DNA of 63,945 nt, counting the filler, from Octopus bimaculoides (Eukaryota): the NCBI RefSeq assembly GCF_001194135.2. It is 7 parts of 6 records of this genome, joined end to end, with 100 filler letters (N's around TTAATTAATTAA, not from the genome) between each part and the next. Parts side by side here need not be neighbours in the genome. Positions count along the whole stretch, not along the records: positions 21,585 to 40,385 come from NC_068995.1; positions 40,486 to 51,431 come from NC_068991.1; 5 more parts are not named here. One strand, written 5' to 3'. The position numbers and the translations under genes were made by a program. Of this stretch, positions 36,053 to 46,627 are shown piece by piece. Below the pieces are notes generated by a model, which was given only the letters and a program-made list of their open reading frames with translations, was not told where the DNA came from and searched no databases. Position 1 is the first letter of the stretch; every line of letters starts with the position of its first letter.

Positions 36053-36508
36053 ATATTGTAGGTCCTGATAACGTAGGAAATCGGTGTATTCCCAATGCAG
36101 TGCTCAACTCAGACGCCTGCCAATGTACATTCTTGAACTGGAACTTTAAAGAAAAGCTGCCATTAATCGCTTCACTACATCGCATATAAACTCTCAGATT
36201 TCAACTCTAAATGCTTATCCTACACCACGATGCGTTTTGTGAGAACCACTAACTCAGAAGAATATATTTAGTTTCAGTTAGTTTTAAATTCCATTATCCC
36301 CAAATGTACCATCTCTACAAGCTTCAAAGAGTTCCCAATCTTTATTCACACTTACACACACGTTTATCATTCATACCCACCGGCCTACCTTGGCATTCAT
36401 TCGGTATGAACACTCAGATGTAAATTAATTAATTAATTAATTTATTTATTTATTTAGATAGATAGATAGATAGATGGATAAATAGACGGATAGATAGATA
36501 GACAGACT

Positions 36509-36575
<67 letters not shown>

Positions 36576-36591
36576 GGGTGAATAGATAGAC

Positions 36592-36642
<51 letters not shown>

Positions 36643-38307
36643 TAGATAGATTGATGGATAGATGGATAAATAGATAGATAGATAGATAGATAGATAGATN
36701 NNNNNNNNNNNNNNNNNNNNNNNNNNNNNNNNNNNNNNNNNNNNNNNNNNNNNNNNNNNNNNNNNNNNNNNNNNNNNNNNNNNNNNNNNNNNNNNNNNNN
36801 NNNNNNNNNNNNNNNNNNNNNNNNNNNNNNNNNNNNNNNNNNNNNNNNNNNNNNNNNNNNNNNNNNNNNNNNNNNNNNNNNNNNNNNNNNNNNNNNNNNN
36901 NNNNNNNNNNNNNNNNNNNNNNNNNNNNNNNNNNNNNNNNNNNNNNNNNNNNNNNNNNNNNNNNNNNNNNNNNNNNNNNNNNNNNNNNNNNNNNNNNNNN
37001 NNNNNNNNNNNNNNNNNNNNNNNNNNNNNNNNNNNNNNNNNNNNNNNNNNNNNNNNNNNNNNNNNNNNNNNNNNNNNNNNNNNNNNNNNNNNNNNNNNNN
37101 NNNNNNNNNNNNNNNNNNNNNNNNNNNNNNNNNNNNNNNNNNNNNNNNNNNNNNNNNNNNNNNNNNNNNNNNNNNNNNNNNNNNNNNNNNNNNNNNNNNN
37201 NNNNNNNNNNNNNNNNNNNNNNNNNNNNNNNNNNNNNNNNNNNNNNNNGAAAAAATTTTAATTGATTGAATTTGGGGTCGTGCTATTATTTAGAATTTAT
37301 TAATGCGTGTAGAACTTTGTAAAGAAGCCTGTAGGTATTTCTCTTTTGTTAGGTAGGCACAAGGTGTGACAGTATTTTTGTTGCCTTTGGTATTATTGAA
37401 TTTAATCCTTTTGCTTTGAGAAGGTAAAGGTTAAAGATGTAAAGGCTACCTTTTGACACCAGCATAGCTTCTGTCGCAAATAATTATTTTTCCAATAATC
37501 CTGCTGGTTATGTGCAGCATCAGTAACTGAAAAAACTCTGGTATTCTATGCATCGGGCGCAGGCTTGGCTACGTGGTAAGAAGCTTGCTTCTCAACCACA
37601 TGATTCTGTGTTCTGTTACACTGCCTGATACATTGAGCAAATGTCTTCTGCTAAAGTCTCGGGTCGACCAAAGTGTTGTGGGTGGATTTGGTAGCGGGAA
37701 ACTGAAAGGAGCCTGTCGTGTTACCCTTCTTGGCACAAGTCCGAGCAAGGTTGTTTACGGAAGACCAGCACTCGCCCATGCATACTAGCCTCCCCTCTCC
37801 ACACCACCGAATACAAGGCAAAGGCAAAGGCCGGTACAGCTTGGCACCAGTGACATCGCAACTCATTTCTACACCTGAGTGAACAGACGCGACGTGAAAT
37901 AAAGTGTCTTGCTGAAGAACACAATACACAGTCCGGTGCGCGCGCGCGCATGTGTGTGTGTAAATATATAAAAGAAATAACTATTACACTAAAATTAAGC
38001 AAACATTCCGCTCTTATTACGCCACCTTGTATATTCCACCTTCACTACTAATAAAGTTTTCTAGTTTTCATAACTTATCATCTAGAAGCCTTCTAGAAGC
38101 TCTTGCTCGCTTACGCACTTTTAGTTTAAGTTAAAAACACAGTCTTGTATCCCTACTAATATCTTTTCTGGAAGGCTGCTTCCTAAATAGGGACAGAGTC
38201 TTGTATCACCTTTTACTAAGACTTTTGCTTTCCCTAGGTTAGTTTTGCTGACTTCGTGATCGTAGGGCTTGTCTCTACGTTTGAAGCTTTTATTATTATT
38301 ATTATTA

Positions 38308-38475
38308 TTATTCAGTAGTTTTATTTTTATAACGTGCTTTCACTTCACTACCGCGCGCAGCTCTGTGTTCCTTGGGTATGTGCTGTGGTTTGCTGTGATG
38401 CTCTTATGGTTACTGTATTGAAAGTGTTTTGCGTAGGATGGGTGCAGTGCCCAGTAGTGCAATTTTCTGTATGTT
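38308..38475 (-). mobile_element. Dong/R4-clade LINE extreme 3' fragment, same family as 12179-12512
   Basis: Near-identical reverse complement of about 12350-12510; (TAA)n on both sides. Confidence 0.85.
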
Positions 38476-38476
38476 A

Positions 38477-38511
<35 letters not shown>

Positions 38512-38559
38512 ATTATTATTAATTATTATTATTTTACTCATTCAGCTTTGAGGACTTGG

Positions 38560-39290
38560 TCATCTGTATATAGGAGTTCCAACGGAAGGTCACTCTTCAC
38601 CTCTGTTCTGACCCGGTAGACCACAATAAATAACAGTACATATATCTGTATTCTAGATTTCTATCTAGAAGAATTTCCGATTAACAATCACTTCTCTGAT
38701 AGTTACCACTCCATCCTGAATATGGCTCTCACCAACTATTCGTCCACATCCAGAGACTTAACTCCAAGAACTAATTAATGGTTCCTGATTTAAGCACAAG
38801 GCCAACAATTCTGAGGGGAGGGGAATAGTCCATCCATTGACCCCATTATTTGAGAGGCGCTTTATTTTATCTACCCAGAAAGAATGAAAAGCAAAACCGA
38901 CCTGGGCGAGATTTGAACTCAGATTCTAAATTACCAGAACAGATACTGCAAAGCTTTTCTTCGTACATTATAACGACTCTGCCAGCTCACTGCCTCCGTA
39001 AATGAATTAATATTGAGTACAGTGGCTTACTCATGGTTAATTAAGAACTGCAACTCGTCTAAACAAATTTTCTTTCCAATAAATCTGATGTTTCTATATT
39101 TTCCAAGTCCTTGATCTAGTTGACAATAATACTGCTACAACAATCATTTGAAATAACATCTCTTTGTGCTATCTGATTCACTATTCAAGTGATTATTTCG
39201 TGTCCTACTTTGCCTCATATTTCCATCATCTCAGCAACTGTCCACCATGGTCCAGTTGCTTTCATTGACTTAATATCCTAATTGACCTTT
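38560..39290 (-). mobile_element. RTE/CR1-type LINE RT fragments interrupted by a SINE B (38793-38996)
   Basis: MKATGP..VAEMM...IVNQI....ISNDCCSSIIVN; LDVDE*LVRAI. Confidence 0.6.
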
Positions 39291-39435
39291 TGACATACAT
39301 CTGTCAACTTCAATAGCTGAACCTTCCGTTTGGTCAACTTTGGTTTCTCTTTTAGTCTTTCTCTCTCTGTTTCCAACTCTTACTCTTTTTCCGTTTCTCT
39401 CCCTATCTCTCTCCACCTCTCTCTCTCCCCTTCTC

Positions 39436-39523
<88 letters not shown>

Positions 39524-39613
39524 AGAATAAGGGCAGGGAATCGTCAATTAATAATAGAATTAATAATTAACAATTTTGCCAAGTATGATTATATATATAT
39601 ATATATATATATA

Positions 39614-40385
39614 CAGTGGGCACGGTTCCGCTAACAGCTAATTAGTGAAGCTAACTTTTCGTTTAGCGGATTAGCGTTTTCGCTAACTTTGGAAACCATC
39701 AGCGGACCAATTAGCTTCCATTAAATTTTAAGTCCGCTAATAAAATTCACAAGTCTGTTCCTATCTGTTGTGGGCATGTCTCGAAGAGTCTGTCAGGCAC
39801 GTTATTGGTTATTACGTGTACACGTGACAAGACGTGATTGATCGATGCAGCAGCAGCTAGCTGAGCAGTAATGTGTAATTCTGAAGTTTTGAGTTGTGTT
39901 CACTTACGACCTTGTCACGTTACAGACAGTCTTACAGTGTCAGCGACAGCAGTGTACGTTATCGGCTTACCAAGTTATCGCTTATCGTTATGGAAAGTGG
40001 AGACGTTTTTGTTGGGCCTGAGGATGAAGGGTCTGTTGAGGAATCTGCAACGACTGTGTGTGAGGTAGAGGTCGCTCAAGTTGAGAGCCAGGAGTCTCAG
40101 AACCCGTGATCCTCACCTGGACGACTACTTTGTCCTTACGTCAAGGGATAAGAGGAACACCAAATTCTTGTACTTCCGGTGAGTCATGTGCTTGCCCAAG
40201 GAGACCATCAAGGGACAAGCGGCGAGCCTCTACAATTTGAAGTCGCATGTCAAGATGAAACATCCAGCGCATGCCATCCAGTTTGAGGAGAGAATCAAGG
40301 CTGACTCTTCCCGTGGGGAAGACACGCTAATTTTGTTTGACCCGTTTAGCGGTTTAGAGTTTGCGAAGCTAACTTTTTTAGTTAG
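39614..40385 (+). mobile_element. Internally deleted hAT-like element with a BED zinc-finger remnant; right end cut by the linker
   Basis: Left end CAGTGGGCAC with clustered GCTAAC/GTTAGC subterminal motifs mirrored at 40340-40385; internal P.PHLDDYF...MCLPK...NLKSHVKMKH. Confidence 0.65.
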
Positions 40386-40485
40386 NNNNNNNNNNNNNNN
40401 NNNNNNNNNNNNNNNNNNNNNNNNNNNNNTTAATTAATTAANNNNNNNNNNNNNNNNNNNNNNNNNNNNNNNNNNNNNNNNNNNN

Positions 40486-40568
<83 letters not shown>

Positions 40569-40927
40569 CATATATACATACATACATACATACGTACATA
40601 TATATGTATACATATATATATATTTATGTATATGTATATATGTGTGTGTGTGTATATATATATACATATACATATATGTAAGACATTAAGTCTGCACATA
40701 CGTCACAGATGTACACACACACGCACACATATATATATCTATATATAAACATTGATCATAGAACAAACATCAAATTCGAGTCAACGACTTTATATATAAC
40801 ACCATACCTCCAAACATTTGGTCATATATAAATATTACCATGGTTCTTCAACGTATGAAATATACATATACAAAAAAACACAGAAGATAAAATTATATAT
40901 GCGAATAAAAATACAAATATATAGAAC

Positions 40928-41329
40928 TCAGGAGTGGCTGTGTGGTAAGTAGCTTGCTTACTAACCACATGGTTCCTGGTTCATTCCCACTGCGTGGCAT
41001 CTTGGGCAAAAGTCTTCTACTATAGCCTCGGGCCGACCAAAGCCTTGTGAGTGGATTTGGTAGACGGAAACTGAAAGAAGCCTGTCGTATATATGTGTAT
41101 ATATGTATGTGTGTGTATATGTTTGTGTGTCTGTGTTTGTCCCCGTAGCATTGCTTGACAACCGATGCTGGTGTGTTTATGTCTCCGTAACTTAGCGGTT
41201 CGGCAAAAGAGACCGATAGAATAAGTACTAGGCTTACAAAGAATAAGTCCCGGGGTCGATTTGCTCGACTAAAGGCGGTGCTCCAGCATGGCCGCAATCA
41301 AATGACTGGAACAAGTAAAAGAGTAAAGA
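40928..41329 (+). mobile_element. SINE family A, near full length
   Basis: Near-identical to 20105-20513; possible AGAAC target duplication at both ends. Confidence 0.9.
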
Positions 41330-41552
41330 GAGAACGGTGTATCAAAAAGGTAAATATAATCGACTAAAAATTGTAAAACGTGTCATGCTACTAAAAATTT
41401 AAACAAACTAAGCTAAAATAAAATATCGATCGACTAAAAAAATTTTTTCTACTCTCCTCACACAAAAGAGTACATCCAAAAAATTCAATTCATAAAACCA
41501 TGGTAGGTTAGTGTCTAGGAGCAAAATGAGTTCCACAAAATGAAGTCAAACA

Positions 41553-41635
41553 CACCTACGGCCATTTCGGGAGTTCATTGCCGCGGTTCGATTACTGTTA
41601 ATGCGCATCTCGGCAATGACCTCCTCATCAGGATG
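41553..41635 (-). ncRNA. Type I hammerhead ribozyme motif
   Basis: Minus strand: catc-CTGATGA-ggag g tcattgccg...cggcaatga a ctcc c-GAAA-tggccg-TA-ggtg. The core is intact, stem II is about 13 bp, stem III is near-palindromic and the triplet is GUA. Confidence 0.75.
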
Positions 41636-42430
41636 AACAAACAGGAAACTCAAATACTGGTTTTATGAAATGAACTTTTCGGACGTACTCTTTTGTGTGA
41701 GGGGAGTAAAAACAAAATGTTAGTCGATTGATATTTTGTTTTATTTCATTTAGTTTTTTAGTAGCATGACACGCTTTAGAATTTTTAGTCGATTATATTT
41801 ACCTTTTTGACAGGCTATTCTATATATTTGTACTTTTATTCGCATCTATATTTTTATCTTCTTTGTTTTTTATGTATATGTATATTTTTATATGTTGAAG
41901 AATCATGGTAATGTTTATATATGATCAAATTTTTACAGGTATGGTGTTATGTATATATGACTACACGTCACTGCTCTGTTATTCTACACCGGTAGTTCTC
42001 AACCTTTAAACACCCCCCCCCCATAGACCCCCTTCGATTCCTATTCTAATCTATTGGACCTCCATGCTAAAAAAACAAACAAGCATCCTATTTTAATCTC
42101 ATAATTAAATATTATTGGGAATTGTATAAAAAAATGTTTTTAAAATATTCTGTATATTGCAGAAGAATAAACCAATTTCTTGCGCATAAATTTTAATACC
42201 AAAATCTTGTATGGACTTTCAAGATTCCCAAGAACCCACACCTAACAGACATTTAATTCTTCACTACATTCCGCTATAGTAAGCTACACTACAATATGCC
42301 ACACCATTCCATGCCGAACTGCCAAACACTTCTACATAACACTGTGCTACACTCATATGCACATCTACGTTATGTATGCTACACTTCAACGCTACGCTAT
42401 TCTGCGCTACAATACTCCATGCTAAACAGT

Positions 42431-43050
42431 CACGTGGCTAGTAATTTTGAAGGGAGGGGCAAGTTGATACATCGAGCCCAATGGCTAAAAGGATAAAAGG
42501 CAAAGTCGACCTCGGCGGGATTTGAACTCTGAGTGTAATGAGTCGGAAGAAGTACCACTAAGCAGTTTGTTCGACGCGCTAACGTTTCTGCCAATTTGTC
42601 GCCTTAATCCTTTTGACCACAGGCACAAAGCCTGAAGTTTTGTGGGTGGGAGTTAATCGATTACTTCGACCCCAGTGCTCAACTGGTTTTTGTTTCTTCG
42701 GTTCCAAAAGAATGAAAGGCAAGGTTGACCCCGATGGAATTTGAATTCAAAACGTCTAAAGACGGACGAAATACCGCTAAGCATTTCGTCCGGCGTGCTA
42801 ACAATTCTGCTATCTCACCGCCTTAAAGTAACTATATAATCCTCTTTGCCATAGACAGGAGGGAACTATCGATTATATCGATCCCAGTGATCAACTGGTA
42901 TTTATTTCTTTGACTCTGAAAGGATTAAATCCGAAAGAATGAAACGCAAAGTCGGCCTCGGCGGAACTTGAACTCGTAACGTAAAGAAGTGCGAAAAGCC
43001 GCTAAGCATTTGGTTCAACGCGCTAACCATTCTGCCAGCTCGTCGCCTTA
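42431..43050 (-). mobile_element. Three stacked SINE family B copies
   Basis: Copies at about 42431-42606, 42607-42825 and 42841-43050, each ending in (cc)gcctta on the plus strand. Confidence 0.85.
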
Positions 43051-44578
43051 AAGTAACTGTATAATGAAATATATAATAGTATATATAAATTATATTGTAG
43101 CAGTAACTATATAGAATGAAAATTAGTTTACCACAGAAGTTGTCATCTGTTTACAGGCTGTTTGGAATTCTCTTTATGTTACATGTTCATTATGTGTAGG
43201 TGTGTGGTTATGTACGTGAGACTATCTGGATGTGTGATTATGTGTATATGTATGTTTGTAGGTCTCTCTCTCTCTCTNNNNNNNNNNNNNNNNNNNNNNN
43301 NNNNNNNNNNNNNNNNNNNNNNNNNNNNNNNNNNNNNNNNNNNNNNNNNNNNNNNNNNNNNNNNNNNNNNNNNNNNNNNNNNNNNNNNNNNNNNNNNNNN
43401 NNNNNNNNNNNNNNNNNNNNNNNNNNNNNNNNNNNNNNNNNNNNNNNNNNNNNNNNNNNNNNNNNNNNNNNNNNNNNNNNNNNNNNNNNNNNNNNNNNNN
43501 NNNNNNNNNNNNNNNNNNNNNNNNNNNNNNNNNNNNNNNNNNNNNNNNNNNNNNNNNNNNNNNNNNNNNNNNNNNNNNNNNNNNNNNNNNNNNNNNNNNN
43601 NNNNNNNNNNNNNNNNNNNNNNNNNNNNNNNNNNNNNNNNNNNNNNNNNNNNNNNNNNNNNNNNNNNNNNNNNNNNNNNNNNNNNNNNNNNNNNNNNNNN
43701 NNNNNNNNNNNNNNNNNNNNNNNNNNNNNNNNNNNNNNNNNNNNNNNNNNNNNNNNNNNNNNNNNNNNNNNNNNNNNNNNNNNNNNNNNNNNNNNNNNNN
43801 NNNNNNNNNNNNNNNNNNNNNNNNNNNNNNNNNNNNNNNNNNNNNNNNNNNNNNNNNNNNNNNNNNNNNNNNNNNNNNNNNNNNNNNNNNNNNNNNNNNN
43901 NNNNNNNNNNNNNNNNNNNNNNNNNNNNNNNNNNNNNNNNNNNNNNNNNNNNNNNNNNNNNNNNNNNNNNNNNNNNATATATATATATATATATATAAAT
44001 ATATGTACACATGTATCTCTATTGATAACGTCATTCACATGCACACACACGCATGCACACTGTGTCGTGGGGCACTTCCTTGTCAGGGTTAGACACAGAC
44101 AGTCCAATAGTCAGACTGCAAAAGGACCAAATACACGCACACATACATACACGCACACACATACATACATACATGCATACATACATTCATACACATATAC
44201 ACGCACATGGGTACATGCACAAATGTACATACGCAGAGAAACAGACATTCATTGAAGCACATTGACGCACACACAGACAGAGACAAATAGACACGCGCGC
44301 GCGCGCGCACACACACGCACACACACACACACACACATAGACACGCAGGGTCACAACGTACACACACACACTTACAAAGACATACAGGCAGACTGGCGAT
44401 CCAGACGTTCATAATTTAACAAACACACACACATACATACACACACACACACGCGCACACACATACAGACATATAGTGTCCCAGATACACACACTCACGC
44501 ACACATATACGCAGACAAGTTCACAGACACACACATACACACGTGCTTTAGACACACCCACAAACATAGTCACAGTGC

Positions 44579-44619
<41 letters not shown>

Positions 44620-44931
44620 ACCGTTGAACACATAGATATACACTCGCAGACAGATTAAGTGTTCCAGACACACATACATACATACATACATATATACAAA
44701 TACACTCACACAGTCACACACAGGCTCACGAACACACACATACATACATGCATAGACACACCCACAGACAGACAGTCATAGTGTAACAAATACACACATA
44801 TAGCCAGAAATACAGTTGCACATATATGTACTCACAAAAAGATAGTGTCACCTCCCACACATACATGATCACAAACACATACATATATACGTAGACACAC
44901 CCGCAGACAGACACGATCATCGACACACAGG

Positions 44932-45000
<69 letters not shown>

Positions 45001-45525
45001 NNNNNNNNNNNNNNNNNNNNNNNNNNNNNNNNNNNNNNNNNNNNNNNNNNNNNNNNNNNNNNNNNNNNNNNNNNNNNNNNNNNNNNNNNNNNNNNNNNNN
45101 NNNNNNNNNNNNNNNNNNNNNNNNNNNNNNNNNNNNNNNNNNNNNNNNNNNNNNNNNNNNNNNNNNNNNNNNNNNNNNNNNNNNNNNNNNNNNNNNNNNN
45201 NNNNNNNNNNNNNNNNNNNNNNNNNNNNNNNNNNNNNNNNNNNNNNNNNNNNNNNNNNNNNNNNNNNNNNNNNNNNNNNNNNNNNNNNNNNNNNNNNNNN
45301 NNNNNNNNNNNNNNNNNNNNNNNNNNNNNNNNNNNNNNNNNNNNNNNNNNNNNNNNNNNNNNNNNNNNNNNNNNNNNNNNNNNNNNNNNNNNNNNNNNNN
45401 NNNNNNNNNNNNNNNNNNNNNNNNNNNNNNNNNNNNNNNNNNNNNNNNNNNNNNNNNNNNNNNNNNNNNNNNNNNNNNNNNNNNNNNNNNNNNNNNNNNN
45501 NNNNNNNNNNNNNNNNNNNNNNNNN

Positions 45526-45558
<33 letters not shown>

Positions 45559-45751
45559 ATGTTCTGTGTCCCTAGAAACACTTTGAGGCCGTATGTGAAG
45601 ATGGTTTGAGAACGGCTGAGGAAGAAATAGCAAACAAACAGACAAGAAAATAAAAACACAAACTATGAAGTTCCACAACCGCTACCGCCGCCACCGACAA
45701 CAGCAACAGCAACAGCAACATCAGCAGCGGTGGCGGCAACAGCAACAGAAA

Positions 45752-45782
<31 letters not shown>

Positions 45783-45900
45783 TAGCAGTACCATTGCGAT
45801 CGGATAGGATAACGCTAGAGAAAAACCGTGGATATTGAGCAGAAGATAATTTCATGAGTTAAATACAGATCGTAGCCAAACGCAACAACAATAACAACAA

Positions 45901-45938
<38 letters not shown>

Positions 45939-45940
45939 GC

Positions 45941-45993
<53 letters not shown>

Positions 45994-46591
45994 TAATAAT
46001 GAATGTATTATTCAAAATGTAGAGCCACTGCGAAGAAAAAAAGAAAACACGAAACGGAAGCAACAACAACAACAAAACAACAAAACAAAAAAAACGAAAT
46101 ATAAGCGAGACTGTTCCGTTTGAATTAATTTATTAATTTTTAATTTTATTCTTGTGTTTTTTTTGTTATATATATATATTGTTTGATGAATTTGTCTGAT
46201 GGATTGTTTGATTGTTTGTTGTGGAAATTTCGCTTTAATTTTTGGAAATTTTCGTTATTACGAATTAATGAAAACGGTAAACGAATTCTCGAACAATCAA
46301 GAGGTTGAATTAAACAGATAAATTAATAGACAGTGAAGCCTTATACATACATACATACATACATACATACATACANNNNNNNNNNNNNNNNNNNNNNNNN
46401 NNNNNNNNNNNNNNNNNNNNNNNNNNNNNNNNNNNNNNNNNNNNNNNNNNNNNNNNNNNNNNNNNNNNNNNNNNNNNNNNNNNNNNNNNNNNNNNNNNNN
46501 NNNNNNNNNNNNNNNNNNNNNNNNNNNNNNNNNNNNNNNNNNNNNNNNNNNNNNNNNNNNNNNNNNNNNNNNNNNNNNNNNNNNNNNNNNN

Positions 46592-46627
<36 letters not shown>

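Larger units (their letters stand above)
40790..41960. mobile_element. Foldback element with about 300-bp inverted arms and a hammerhead in the spacer; SINE A inserted in the left arm
   Basis: About 40790-40927 plus 41335-41500 is the reverse complement of about 41658-41960; HHR at 41553-41635. Confidence 0.8.

Noticed and set aside
37249-37550. Possible third Penelope endonuclease remnant (minus; YQ...KYCHTLCL..KREI)
   Set aside because: The similarity is limited to one short motif in broken frames; not enough to list as a feature.
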